In this document: positions 9,701-18,445 of the stretch, piece after piece | How positions within the stretch are numbered: the stretch's first letter is position 1 | Layout: every line of letters begins with the position of its first letter | Assembly (NCBI GenBank): GCA_035274845.1 | Contig: DATENU010000012.1 | Coordinates: forward strand, 44,908-108,907 | Length of the DNA stretch: 64,000 bases | Reading direction: 5' to 3' | Source of the DNA: Chthoniobacterales bacterium | Lineage (GTDB): Bacteria; Verrucomicrobiota; Verrucomicrobiia; Chthoniobacterales; UBA10450 | The notes under the pieces: generated by a model | The model's database searches: none | What the model saw: the letters and a program-made list of their open reading frames with translations, nothing else | What the model was told of the DNA's origin: nothing | Translations under genes and position numbers: made by a program

Positions 9701-9838
9701 TGCTTCCAGTTCCGCCACGCGCCCAACCAAATTGCGAACCGCACTCTTGAGTTTGCAGATCTCGACGATGCCCACGATCACCAGAGCAATCGGGACGAGG
9801 AAGACCAGCAGGCCGATACAAACGAATGTGTTTTCCAT
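6755..9838 (-). CDS. Giant polytopic membrane protein, DUF2339-like, with poly-proline tracts at both termini
   Basis: 1027-aa ORF with more than 20 predicted hydrophobic helices. The proline-rich N-terminus followed by FDWEAFFGVKLFAWIGG is typical of DUF2339 proteins. C-terminal PPPPPPPPAGPPPPVPPPPPVP stretch. Confidence 0.7.
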   Translation of the reverse strand: MENTFVCIGLLVFLVPIALVIVGIVEICKLKSAVRNLVGRVAELEAGGGRAPVAPPAAAQAVATVPARAAETVSAPPPPPIATVPIPSQPAVPPPPPEPPPVPPMPAFQPPPIVPPPPPPVPAKPFDWEAFFGVKLFAWIGGFVLFLGIVFLVKYSFDNNLITPAMRVAIGTVLGVGLVITGWFTSTRRYRVSGQSLCATGVLVLYGNIFAAHVYYHLIALVPAFAFMAVVTAAAFFLAVRMNAQVIVVLGLLGGFLTPVLLSTGVDNPTALFGYIAVLNVGVAAVALRKRWDYLVLLAAAGTIVMEFAWAAKFFVPWKGNTAFAVFIGFEVQFLAIFAWARRLHPPANWTARAAIAVCLAALAWGFCLLSYRDFGPRPGFLFTYMFVAEAGLLALAFFYSKRDLVVPLAGGIVFLFLAIWTGMYLTSASLWWALGGYVAYSIFHAGFAVWPRTTGPDAERSPWLSYLPLLPLVLIWSCVSKNQTGSAVWFCLLILDFVVIGVALVRRSVLAIAGAVVLTFISAFLWISAGEPDIDLSSFLIVAAGSGTLFFSVLLFTARRFFPDSPHARRNIPALAASLPFVLIMMAMTKLPAANPTPYFLTTFVLCVLLLGLAVIARTSWIALIALVFGWLVQCEWQGAPNFHIDYAALALGWQTAFFLIFFAFPFFTSEERKALPWAIGALAGPLQFALIYDTITKAFPGLQNGLAPAAFVVPYAIAVFFLIRNRQADPATGDARLAWQGGAALFFITLIFPIQFDREWITLGWALEGLALLWLFRRVPNRGLRYVGFGLLCLAFVRLALNPAVLEYHRRTPTPILNWYLYAYGITIVCLFAGAWLIRPPRNTVFERSAPTTLYSLGAILTFLLLNIEIADYFSIGPTLTFSFSGNFARDMTYSIAWALYAFALLLIGMRQKTRWVRYSGVALLVVTLAKLFLHDLSQLSQLYRIGAFIGVAVILIVASFLYQRFLVPKGEKPPPPPPPPAGPPPPVPPPPPVPVPPDSPPPVPSSPSSPPMPPPPPPLQSSSS

Positions 9839-9845
9839 CAGGACC

Positions 9846-10601
9846 TCACAAGCCGGTGGGAAAATCGATAAATTCCCACGGCAAATTGAAGCGATTGGAC
9901 AGGTGGGCGGCCAGCGCTTTTACGCCAAATGTTTCGGTCGCGTAATGCCCGCCGAGCAAAAGATTGATGCCCAGCTCATCCGCCGCGACAGCCGCCCAAT
10001 GGGGCGCTTCGCCCGTGATAAACGTGTCGATTCCTTCGCGCGCCACGGCGTAAATTTCCGAGCCGGCGCCTCCGGTGATCACCCCGATCGATTTAATTTC
10101 CTCGGGACCGGCCGGAAACAGTTTCACCGGCCCGCCCAACGATTGCTCCAGCTTGCGCGCCAAATCATCGCGGGAGATGCGCGCATCAATTCGCAGCCCG
10201 AGGCAACGGCCCTTTTCCTTGAAGAACGGCGCGGTGTTTTCGAAACCGAGCGCGTTGGCGAGCTGTGCGTTGTTGCCGAGCATCGAATGGACATCGAGCG
10301 GGAGGTGCGAGCTGTAGAGAGCGAGGTCGTGGTGAAAAGCGCGCTCGAGCAGGCGACGGCGGCCGCCGGTGAACGGTTGCAATCCCGGCCAGAACAACCC
10401 GTGGTGGACGATGAGAAAATTGATCCCCTTCTCGATCGCTGTATCGATCGTGCGAGTAGAGGCATCGACCGCGGCGCCGATCTTCGTGACTTCGCCCGAG
10501 TTCTCAATCTGCAAGCCGTTCAACGCATTAGGCCAGTCTTCGATCTCATCCACGCCAAGGAGGTCGCGGCAATAATCCACCAGTTGAGGCAGGTTCGGCA
10601 T
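9846..10601 (-). CDS. Nif3-like dinuclear metal center protein (GTP cyclohydrolase 1 type 2 homolog)
   Basis: 251-aa ORF with the NIF3 family layout (conserved His/Glu metal ligands; GINLLLGGHYATE at the C-terminus). Confidence 0.85.
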   Translation of the reverse strand: MPNLPQLVDYCRDLLGVDEIEDWPNALNGLQIENSGEVTKIGAAVDASTRTIDTAIEKGINFLIVHHGLFWPGLQPFTGGRRRLLERAFHHDLALYSSHLPLDVHSMLGNNAQLANALGFENTAPFFKEKGRCLGLRIDARISRDDLARKLEQSLGGPVKLFPAGPEEIKSIGVITGGAGSEIYAVAREGIDTFITGEAPHWAAVAADELGINLLLGGHYATETFGVKALAAHLSNRFNLPWEFIDFPTGL

Positions 10602-10849
10602 TCGCGGTCCTTTCTACTCAACGGACGCGCGCTTGAACAGGGGGTAGTGCAGGCCGGCCCAGGATTCTTCATCCCGGCCACCCCACCCGACCGCGATCCT
10701 GTTCGTACACATCAAGATCGAGACGACCGGGAGAAGGATTCTTGCCGATTCGGAATTGGGATTCCCGGGCGATGAATCACTCTTCTTGACGGATGGCCTT
10801 CTCCTTGGAACGATGACCTCAGCGATTCTCAAAAAAAGGAAGGAACATT

Positions 10850-11254
10850 TTGGAATACACTGACGCGCCCGTTTCCGAACCGCCGGTTTCCTCCGACACG
10901 ATGGTGTGTCCGCTCTGCGGCCATATCCTGCCGAAAGACGCGGAAGCGTGCGACCGCTGTGATTGGGTGCGCAGCGAGCACGAGACGGCCGAGGGCAAGG
11001 CGAGCGATGCCGTCGCGGTCATGCTGAGCGTGATCCCGGGACTCGGTCATGTTTACAAGGGCTATAAGGTGCTTGGACTACTCTTTTTCGTTGGAGCTAT
11101 CGGAGCACTTCTCGCCGGCGCCCTGGCCGCGACAGCGACGGCCGGCTTCGGTTTGGGGTTAATTCCGCTCTATTGGTTCGGCGTAATGTTTCACGTCTAC
11201 GGCGTCAAGGACCAGGTAGCGCCGACGACGAAGGACGAGGGCGAGGAGTACTGA
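10850..11254 (+). CDS. Zinc-ribbon plus TM2-like small membrane protein (hypothetical)
   Basis: 134-aa ORF; CPLCGH...CDRC zinc-ribbon followed by two hydrophobic helices (GLGHVYKG...). Confidence 0.5.
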   Translation: MEYTDAPVSEPPVSSDTMVCPLCGHILPKDAEACDRCDWVRSEHETAEGKASDAVAVMLSVIPGLGHVYKGYKVLGLLFFVGAIGALLAGALAATATAGFGLGLIPLYWFGVMFHVYGVKDQVAPTTKDEGEEY

Positions 11255-11277
11255 GAGCGCCATCCGCGCGCCAGCCT

Positions 11278-11358
11278 TGTAGCGACGCCGCTCAGTCGGC
11301 GTAAGAACGCGCAGCTTGATGCAAAGCCTCCGTACGGCGACACCGCGCCGTCGCTACA
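11278..11358. repeat. Palindromic intergenic repeat (family 5), related copy at 40336-40402
   Basis: tgtagcgacgccgctcagtcggcgtaagaacgc ... cggcgacaccgcgccgtcgctaca inverted repeat. Shares agcgacgccgctc.g.cggcgtaag with 40336-40402. Confidence 0.5.
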
Positions 11359-11379
11359 CTTAGAATTCCGGAGTCTTTG

Positions 11380-12435
11380 CTACTCGTCCTTAACCGCCGC
11401 GTGAATCTCTTCCAGGATTTCACGCAAGCCGTAACGGAGTTTCCATTCGGGATAATGTTCCTGAAATTTGCGAACATCGCTGATCCACCAAATGTGATCG
11501 CCGATCCGGTTGTCTTCCTCGTACTTCCAGGTCAGGCGTTTGCCGCTGATCTCTTCGCAGAGCGTGATCGCCTCCAGCATTGAACAGTTGCTGTGGCGGC
11601 TGCCGCCGATGTTATAGACTTCGCCGGCCCGCGGGGCGCGAATGAAAGCGGCGAAGGCGTCCACTAGATCGGCGCTGTGAATGTTGTCGCGCACCTGCTT
11701 CCCGCCGTAACCGAAAACGCGATAAGGCCGTCCGGTCACGGTGCAAATCATGAGATAGGAAAGAAATCCGTGCAGCTCGGTGCCGGCGTGGGCCGGGCCG
11801 GTCAGGCAGCCGCCGCGGAATGAAACCGTGGGCATCCCAAAATAGCGGCCGTATTCCTGGACGAGGATGTCCGCGGCCGCTTTCGAGGCGCCAAAGAGCG
11901 AGTGCTTTGTGTAATCGATGCTCATCGTCTCGGAAATCCCGGGCTCGTATTCGTGGCCCGGCTCGATTTCCCAGCGCGAGGTCAGCTCGCGCAACGGCAA
12001 CCGATTCGGTGTATCGCCGTAGACCTTGTTCGTCGAAGTGAAAACAAACGGTGTTTCGGGGCAAACTTCGCGCGCGGCCTCGAGCAGATTCAGGGTGCCG
12101 TTCGCGTTCACGCCAAAGTCCGTCTGCGGATCGCGCGCCGCCCAATCGTGCGATGGCTGCGCCGCGGTATGCACCACCCCGGCAATCTCGCCGCGATGCT
12201 GCCGGAAAAGATCCCGCACGCCATTCGCATCGCGAATATCAATATCGTGATGCTGATAATCGCGCACCGTCTCCACGAGCCGGTCCCGGGTTTTCTGGGT
12301 GGAAGCTTCGGCGCCGAAGAAGCGGCTGCGCATGTCGTTATCGATGCCGATCACGCGATAACCCTCGGCCGCGAAATGCTTGACCGTCTCCGAGCCGATC
12401 AAACCGGCGGAACCAGTCACGATGATCTTGCGCAT
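11380..12435 (-). CDS. NAD-dependent epimerase/dehydratase (CDP-paratose 2-epimerase-like SDR)
   Basis: 351-aa ORF; N-terminal [10 protein letters not shown] Rossmann motif and YGASKAAAD catalytic motif. Confidence 0.85.
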   Translation of the reverse strand: MRKIIVTGSAGLIGSETVKHFAAEGYRVIGIDNDMRSRFFGAEASTQKTRDRLVETVRDYQHHDIDIRDANGVRDLFRQHRGEIAGVVHTAAQPSHDWAARDPQTDFGVNANGTLNLLEAAREVCPETPFVFTSTNKVYGDTPNRLPLRELTSRWEIEPGHEYEPGISETMSIDYTKHSLFGASKAAADILVQEYGRYFGMPTVSFRGGCLTGPAHAGTELHGFLSYLMICTVTGRPYRVFGYGGKQVRDNIHSADLVDAFAAFIRAPRAGEVYNIGGSRHSNCSMLEAITLCEEISGKRLTWKYEEDNRIGDHIWWISDVRKFQEHYPEWKLRYGLREILEEIHAAVKDE

Positions 12436-12465
12436 GAAGAAGTAAAAGCGGAACCCGTGCCGTGA

Positions 12466-13161
12466 CTAGGCGTCGCCCAGGATCCAGGTGAGACCGCCGT
12501 CAACGGGTTCGACCCGCGCGGCCGGAAATTGCCGGTCGCCCGCGAGGACTTTCTCCAGGAGCGCGGCGTTCTTGTGCGCGTCCGCCAAAAAGCAGACGTG
12601 CCGCGCCTGGTTGATCAGCGGAAAAGTAAAAGTGAGCCGCCAGGTATTGAACTTCGGGACAAAATTGGCCACGACTCTTCGGGTTTCTTCCTCGAGCGCG
12701 GCCGTTCCGGGAAACAGGGAAGCGGTGTGCCCGTCATCGCCGATTCCAAGCAAAACCAAATCATGCCGGTAAATGCTCTCGCCGCTTTGGGCCGCGAGGC
12801 GGTCGAGGTTATCCTGATATTCCTGGGCGGCGGTCTGCGGATCGATCTCGCCGCGCATCCGGGCAATCGACTTTTCCGGCACCCCGGCGAGAACGAAAAG
12901 TGATTCGCGCGCCATTCGAAAATTGCTCTGCTCGTCATTGGGCGGAACACAACGTTCGTCGCCGAAAGTGAAAAATATCCGGTCCCAGGGAAGGTCCCTC
13001 CCGATCCGGACCAGGTCCGAATAAACCGGGCGCGGAGTTCTCCCACCGGAAAGAGCGATTCGGAATTGGTCTCGCTCGGAGAGAGCGGCGCGGGCCTGGT
13101 CGAGAATGAACTGGGCGGCATCCGGCACGAAATTTTCCGACCGAATAACGTCCCGCTTCAT
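12466..13161 (-). CDS. pgl: 6-phosphogluconolactonase
   Basis: 231-aa ORF; ALSGGRTP and LLGIGDDGHTASLFP motifs of the Pgl/NagB family. Confidence 0.85.
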   Translation of the reverse strand: MKRDVIRSENFVPDAAQFILDQARAALSERDQFRIALSGGRTPRPVYSDLVRIGRDLPWDRIFFTFGDERCVPPNDEQSNFRMARESLFVLAGVPEKSIARMRGEIDPQTAAQEYQDNLDRLAAQSGESIYRHDLVLLGIGDDGHTASLFPGTAALEEETRRVVANFVPKFNTWRLTFTFPLINQARHVCFLADAHKNAALLEKVLAGDRQFPAARVEPVDGGLTWILGDA

Positions 13162-13168
13162 GCGCTGA

Positions 13169-13645
13169 TCAGAGCGCGCAGTGAGACAGGCCGCGCTTCT
13201 CGAGATACCGCTGGTGGTATTCCTCCGCGCGATAAAATGCCGGCGCTGGCTCGATGAAGGTCACAATCGGATTCTTGAACCGGCCGCTCTGGTCGAGCCG
13301 CGCCTTCGATGCTTCCGCCGCCGCCTGTTGTTCCGGCGAATGATAAAAGATCACCGACCGATATTGATCGCCCACATCGGGCCCCTGGCGATTCAGCGTC
13401 GTCGGGTTGTGGTTCGCCCAGAAAACCTCGAGCAACTGATCATAACTCACGGTCGCCGGGTCGAACTCCACTTCGACAACTTCCGCGTGGCCGGTGGTGT
13501 GGCTGCAAACGTCCTCGTAGGTCGGGTTCTTTGTTTTGCCGCCGGTGTAACCGACAATGGCCTCCTTCACGCCGGGAACGGCACGAAAGGTCGCTTCAAC
13601 TCCCCAGAAACATCCCGCGCCGAAGGTCGCTTTTTCTGTCGCCAT
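13169..13645 (-). CDS. msrA: Peptide methionine sulfoxide reductase MsrA
   Basis: 158-aa ORF starting [12 protein letters not shown] (canonical MsrA active site GCFWG). Confidence 0.92.
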   Translation of the reverse strand: MATEKATFGAGCFWGVEATFRAVPGVKEAIVGYTGGKTKNPTYEDVCSHTTGHAEVVEVEFDPATVSYDQLLEVFWANHNPTTLNRQGPDVGDQYRSVIFYHSPEQQAAAEASKARLDQSGRFKNPIVTFIEPAPAFYRAEEYHQRYLEKRGLSHCAL

Positions 13646-13687
13646 TTTACAGCATCAGACGAGAAGGCACCGCGCGCAAGGCACGCT

Positions 13688-14320
13688 CTAACGCCCAACG
13701 AGGCGTTTTCTGGCGCTGATCGAATTGGCGTCGAGCCTGGTAAAATCCTCCACCAGGAGAAGTTCGCAGGCGCCGTTGCCGGTATCGTCACGTCGCAAGG
13801 AACTGCGCCATGTTCCAATGCCCGGACCGGTTGCCTCCACCAGTTCGCCCTCGAGATGAATCAGCTCGCCGCCCCGCAGCGATTCGCAAGCGTTCGCGAT
13901 GGTATCGTTCGCGGGAATGATGTGAATGTTGGTGCTGTGCCGGACGATTTCATCCTGGGGAATCGGGGGTGGCAACCGATATTCATACCAATAAAAGCGC
14001 ATGCTTTGGCTGATCTTGAGCTGATCGAGCACGGCCTGGTCCGACATGCGTCCCCAACCGACGGCGAGATCCACCGGAACGAGCGCCGATTGGTTATCCC
14101 AGCGATACCGCTTTGAATGGAGAAGGCGCGCGTCGATGGAAAAATGCGCGAGCGTTTTCAATTGAAAGCCTCCGTGCTCAATCGACGTCTCGTCAGGCAG
14201 ATCGGTTTGCTCCGGATCGGAGGCAATCAGAATGCCTGGTGGATAAACGATCGGCGCAGTGAGATGCCGATAGCCTAACCAAAGGAGAGCAATCGCGATG
14301 AGCGCGCAGAGAATCTTCAC
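13688..14320 (-). CDS. Hypothetical secreted protein
   Basis: 210-aa ORF with an N-terminal signal-like hydrophobic segment; no recognisable family. Confidence 0.45.
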   Translation of the reverse strand: MKILCALIAIALLWLGYRHLTAPIVYPPGILIASDPEQTDLPDETSIEHGGFQLKTLAHFSIDARLLHSKRYRWDNQSALVPVDLAVGWGRMSDQAVLDQLKISQSMRFYWYEYRLPPPIPQDEIVRHSTNIHIIPANDTIANACESLRGGELIHLEGELVEATGPGIGTWRSSLRRDDTGNGACELLLVEDFTRLDANSISARKRLVGR

Positions 14321-14352
14321 AGACGTCGGCCATCTGTGAAGCAGCTTCGGTG

Positions 14353-15096
14353 CTACATCACCATCCCGCCATCGACCGTCAGCACCTGCCCGGTGATGTA
14401 TTTCGCTTCCGGCGAAGCGAGAAACGCCACGGCGCTGGCGATGTCGTCAGGATGGCCAAGCTTTCCGAGTGGCACTTTTTGCAGGATGCCCTGGCGCACT
14501 TCGTCGGAAAGCACACCGGTCATGTCGGTCTCGATCAACCCCGGGGCCACGGCATTGACGGTGATGCCGCGGCTGGCCAGTTCGCGCGCGAGCGATTTCG
14601 TGAGGCCGATCAACCCGGCCTTGCTGGCGGCGTAATTTGCCTGGCCCGCATTGCCGATCAGGCCAATGACGGAACTGATGTTGATGATCCGGCCGCTCCG
14701 TTGCTTGATCATCGGCCGCATCAGCGCCTGGGTGAAATTGAACGCGCCTTTCAAATTCGTGTTCAAAACGGTGTCCCAATCCTCCAGCGGCATCCGCATG
14801 CTGAGGCCGTCCCGGGTCACACCGGCATTGTTCACCAGGATGTCGACGCGCCCGAACTCCTCCAGGATTTGTCCGGCCGCTTTCTGGACCGCGTCCTGTT
14901 CGGCAACATCGACGGCGTACGCCCTGGCCGCGTCGGCCCGGGTCGCGTTGATCTCCTCGGCCGTCTTTTTCGCATTTGCCTCAGTGCGGCTGACGGAAGC
15001 GACCCGCGCGCCTTCGCTGGCGAGACGAACGGCAATAGCGTGCCCAATCCCCCTCCCCGCTCCCGTCACGACCGCGACCTGGTTTTCGAATCTCAT
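14353..15096 (-). CDS. fabG: 3-oxoacyl-[ACP] reductase (SDR)
   Basis: ORF 14353-15132. Probable start is the M at 15096 (MRFENQVAVVTGAGRGIG). NNAG and YAASKAG catalytic motifs. Confidence 0.85.
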   Translation of the reverse strand: MRFENQVAVVTGAGRGIGHAIAVRLASEGARVASVSRTEANAKKTAEEINATRADAARAYAVDVAEQDAVQKAAGQILEEFGRVDILVNNAGVTRDGLSMRMPLEDWDTVLNTNLKGAFNFTQALMRPMIKQRSGRIINISSVIGLIGNAGQANYAASKAGLIGLTKSLARELASRGITVNAVAPGLIETDMTGVLSDEVRQGILQKVPLGKLGHPDDIASAVAFLASPEAKYITGQVLTVDGGMVM

Positions 15097-15145
15097 GGGA
15101 CGAATGTTAGGCAACCTTCGTCTCGGGAACAACCATCAAGGAGAA

Positions 15146-15219
15146 GGTAGGGACGGCGCGCTGCGCCGTCCGCAAACGCGCGGCCACCTAAAAGGACGCC
15201 GCAGCGCGGCGTCCCTACC
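15146..15219. repeat. REP-like palindromic element (family 4: GGTAGGGACG.CGCGCTGCG.CGTCC ... GGACGCCGCAGCGCG.CGTCCCTACC)
   Basis: Imperfect long inverted repeat between the holB 3' end and the fabG 5' end; related copies at 17476-17556 and 60404-60457. Confidence 0.7.
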
Positions 15220-16186
15220 ACACAAACACGCTCAGAAAGGCCACTTCGACGGCGAGCGCTTCCTGGATGTTTCGTCCGAGATGATCGCGCATGTCTTCCA
15301 GGCGTCGGATTCGCCGCAAAACATCCGGCGTCTCTAGCCGGGCGGCGAGCGCTTCCGTTTCGCGCTTCGCGCTCGGAAGTTCCCGGCGCGCAACGCCCGT
15401 ATTCGCTCGCAGAACGTCCGACCACCAAAGAAAAAGAATCTCGACCAGACCGGCGCGCCGGCGCAGATACCGGCTTTCGGTCAGCGCCTTATAGTAATCC
15501 TCCCGATCATCAAGCCACGCGCCGTCGGTCGTGTTCTTGTAGCGGGCCACTTCAGCCTTCTCCGCCGCGTCATTCTCTTCCTGGATCGTTTGGCGAATCT
15601 GGCGAAGCAAACGTTGAAACTGCCCGGCTAAATAATATGCCGCCTGAATCCCCTCCGCTTTCGACTTTGCCGTTTGCCCGAGCAACTCGATCATCTCTTT
15701 CTCTTCAGCCGAGAGCACCGCTTTTTCTTCGGCGGCGAGCGGAACGGCCACGCAACGCGAAAGAATCGTGTCGGGCAAAACCTCCGGCATGGCGCTCAGG
15801 AGAATCAGAAGCGAATCTTTGGGCGGTTCCTCCAACGTTTTTAGAAATGCGTTCGCGGCTTGCGGCATCAGGCGATCAGCCTCGGCGATAATGGCGACTT
15901 TCCGGTGACCATTGCCGCTCCGCATTTGCAAGGTGTGTTCGAGGGCGCGGATCTGTTCGATCACGATCCGGCGTGATTTCGATTCCGGCTCCGCCAGATA
16001 GACACCGGGCGGCGGTGCGCTGAACACGTCCTCGGATTGCGTTCCCGAAACCAGATTCGACAGGTCGGAGGCGAGCGCCCGCTTGCCGCTGCCGGGCGGG
16101 CCGGAAATCAAATAGGCGTGGCCGAGGCGACCGCGCTCGTGCGCGCGGTTGAGGTACTCGAAGGCGCCGGTGCGGGTGAAGGACAT
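15215..16186 (-). CDS. holB: DNA polymerase III subunit delta'
   Basis: 323-aa ORF; Walker A-like GPPGSGKRALA and the HolB/AAA+ clamp-loader layout (SRC motif region ILSRCVAV). Confidence 0.8.
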   Translation of the reverse strand: MSFTRTGAFEYLNRAHERGRLGHAYLISGPPGSGKRALASDLSNLVSGTQSEDVFSAPPPGVYLAEPESKSRRIVIEQIRALEHTLQMRSGNGHRKVAIIAEADRLMPQAANAFLKTLEEPPKDSLLILLSAMPEVLPDTILSRCVAVPLAAEEKAVLSAEEKEMIELLGQTAKSKAEGIQAAYYLAGQFQRLLRQIRQTIQEENDAAEKAEVARYKNTTDGAWLDDREDYYKALTESRYLRRRAGLVEILFLWWSDVLRANTGVARRELPSAKRETEALAARLETPDVLRRIRRLEDMRDHLGRNIQEALAVEVAFLSVFVW

Positions 16187-16189
16187 GGG

Positions 16190-16846
16190 TCAGATTTGCG
16201 ATTTGCGATTTGCGATTTGCGATTGAACCGCCGTCCAGACCTGGGCTTCGATTGCATCGGCGGATTGGGCGCCGTCGATCAGGATGAAACGATCGGGCTC
16301 GGATTGGGCGAGGTCGCGATAGCCGGCGGAGACGCGTTCGTAGAATTCGATGGGTTCCTGTTCCATCCGGTCTTTCACTTCAACCGGACGAACGCGGCGA
16401 AGCATCCGTTGCCGAGCGGTCTCGACGTCGACGTCGAGGAGGAAGGTCACGTCGGGGCGGGCGTCGCCGATGGCGAAGGCGTTCAGGGTTTGGACAATCT
16501 CCGGCGGGAGCTTGCGCGCGACGCCCTGATAGACGGTGGTCGAATCGAAAAAGCGATCGGAGATGACGATCATCCCCTGTTCCAGGGCGGGCGCAATCGT
16601 TTCGCGGACGAGCTGGGCGCGGCTGGCTTCGAAGAGCAGCAGCTCCGTTTCCGGCGTCATGGCGAAACTCTCCGGAGCAAACTGCAACAGGTCGCGGATC
16701 TTTTCCCCGATGGCGGTGCCGCCGGGCTCGCGGGTGACGAGCGTGCGCAGACCCGCCTGCTCGAGCCGGGTTGCGAGCCCAAGCGCCTGCGTCGATTTTC
16801 CGCAGCCTTCCGAGCCTTCGAATGTGATGAACAGGCCGCGAGCCAT
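16190..16846 (-). CDS. tmk: Thymidylate kinase
   Basis: 218-aa ORF; FITFEGSEGCGKST P-loop and DRF motif. The C-terminus carries a 7-bp x4 tandem repeat (16194-16221). Confidence 0.9.
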   Translation of the reverse strand: MARGLFITFEGSEGCGKSTQALGLATRLEQAGLRTLVTREPGGTAIGEKIRDLLQFAPESFAMTPETELLLFEASRAQLVRETIAPALEQGMIVISDRFFDSTTVYQGVARKLPPEIVQTLNAFAIGDARPDVTFLLDVDVETARQRMLRRVRPVEVKDRMEQEPIEFYERVSAGYRDLAQSEPDRFILIDGAQSADAIEAQVWTAVQSQIANRKSQI

Positions 16847-16904
16847 GGGAGCGAGTGTGAAACAAACGAGGGCCGTTGTCGAATCGGGCGCAAAATAACA
16901 GCAT

Positions 16905-17037
16905 AAGCTTCAAGGAGCGGCGGTTTGAAACCGCCGATGTTTTTCTAGCGGCGCCCTCCATCCGTTGCAGGGGCTATCAACAAATCGATGCCCTACAGCC
17001 TCGGTCGGCGGTTTCAAACCGCCGCTCCTTGAAGCTT
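16905..17037. repeat. REP-like element family 2 (caaggagcggcggtttgaaaccgccg ... cggcggtttcaaaccgccgctccttgaagc inverted pair)
   Basis: Inverted repeat of a hairpin module that is also found at 33288-33392, 41286-41356 and inside the 55737-56290 tandem array. Confidence 0.7.
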
Positions 17038-17072
17038 GTTGGCGGGTCGGAACGTGTTGTACTAATCGTCGC

Positions 17073-17480
17073 GTGAAACAATTCTGGCTGGTGAAACAGG
17101 AACCGTCGGCCTACTCGTGGACCGACTTTGTCCGCGACGGCAAAACAGCGTGGACGGGCGTGCGGAATTTCACCGCCCGGAACAATCTTCGCGCGATGCG
17201 CAACGGCGACGCGGCGTTTTTCTATCACAGCGTGACGGAAAAGGCGGTGGTCGGGATCGCGAAGGTCGTGCGGGAAGCGTATCCCGATCCGACGGCAAAA
17301 GAAGGCGACTGGAGCGCGGTTGATTTGGCGCCGGACAAGGCGTTGTCCAAACCGGTGCCCCTCGAGGAGATCAAGAAAAACGCGAAGCTGAAGCAAATGG
17401 CGCTGCTGCGTTTGTCCCGGCTCTCGGTTCAACCGGTGACGAGCGCCGAATTTGAAGAGATTGTTCGCATGGCAAGGTAG
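17073..17480 (+). CDS. EVE (PUA-like) domain protein
   Basis: ORF 16965-17480. Family-typical N-terminus VKQFWLVKQEP begins at GTG 17073. Confidence 0.7.
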   Translation: MKQFWLVKQEPSAYSWTDFVRDGKTAWTGVRNFTARNNLRAMRNGDAAFFYHSVTEKAVVGIAKVVREAYPDPTAKEGDWSAVDLAPDKALSKPVPLEEIKKNAKLKQMALLRLSRLSVQPVTSAEFEEIVRMAR

Positions 17481-17556
17481 GGAGGCCGCGCTGCGGCGTC
17501 CGCGCTAATTGCGGATCGTTCAGCTACAGCGGACGGCGCGGCGCGCCGTCCCTACC
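17476..17556. repeat. REP-like palindromic element (family 4)
   Basis: ggtagggaggccgcgctgcggcgtccgc ... gcggacggcgcggcgcgccgtccctacc immediately after the EVE gene stop. Confidence 0.7.
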
Positions 17557-17620
17557 ATGATCTGCACGCGATCCACCATATTAGGCTTGTTTGCGGGCAA
17601 CTTGAGATCGAAAATCCGGT

Positions 17621-18433
17621 GTGACCGGCGCCACTGCGACAACGTTGTCTCCCCTTTTCGCGCTCTCGGCGGAAACGGACCGGGATGCGTTGATCGTGTC
17701 GGTGCATGATGTGGCTCCGGTCACTCAGGCTGCGGTCGAGAAAATCCTGAGCGAGCTTTGCCAGCATCGGGTGTCGGTTTGTTCGCTCCTGGTAGTGCCG
17801 AATTATCATCACCGCGGCTCCTCGACGGAGGACAAGGTGTTCGTCCGATGGCTCCAGGAACTCGAGGCGAACGGACATGAGATCGTGATCCACGGTTATT
17901 TTCACCAGCGGCCCCGGCGAGAGAAAGAAAAGGTAACCCATAAATTTTTTACCCGGCTTTACACCAGTGACGAAGGCGAATTCTATGATCTCGATTACGA
18001 CGAAGCGTTCCGCCGCATCTCCAAGGCCCGGGCTGAATTCGTCGCGGCGGGACTGACGCCTCGCGGTTTCATCGCGCCCGCCTGGCTTCTCGGCCCCGAC
18101 GCGGAACGCGCGGCGGCGGAAGCGGAAATGGAATACACGACCCGGCTGACCTGCGTGCGCGACTTGCGGTCTGGAGAGAACTTTCACGCGCGAACCCTCG
18201 TTTACAGTCTCCGGAGCGGCTGGCGGCGCCTCGCCAGTCTGGCTTGGAACCGCGCCCTGGCGGCGCCTCTGGCCGACGCGCCCCTGGCTCGCGTTAGTAT
18301 TCATCCGCCCGATCGAGACCATCCCGATATCTGGGACCAGATTCTGCGGCTGACCGACCGGTTGATCGAAAGCCGGACGGCAACGACTTACCGTGATTGG
18401 GTGGCCGAAAGGCGCGCCCGGCGCGGCGCCTAG
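17621..18433 (+). CDS. DUF2334-like predicted polysaccharide deacetylase
   Basis: 270-aa ORF; SVHDVAP and HGYFH motifs typical of DUF2334 (NodB-like fold) proteins. Confidence 0.6.
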   Translation: MTGATATTLSPLFALSAETDRDALIVSVHDVAPVTQAAVEKILSELCQHRVSVCSLLVVPNYHHRGSSTEDKVFVRWLQELEANGHEIVIHGYFHQRPRREKEKVTHKFFTRLYTSDEGEFYDLDYDEAFRRISKARAEFVAAGLTPRGFIAPAWLLGPDAERAAAEAEMEYTTRLTCVRDLRSGENFHARTLVYSLRSGWRRLASLAWNRALAAPLADAPLARVSIHPPDRDHPDIWDQILRLTDRLIESRTATTYRDWVAERRARRGA

Positions 18434-18445
18434 CCGGCGTGAACC

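Noticed and set aside
16850-17072. Coding potential in the tmk-EVE intergenic ORFs (e.g. 16876-17076, 16977-17432 minus)
   Set aside because: Region is occupied by the REP family-2 inverted pair. The ORFs are repeat-derived and low-complexity
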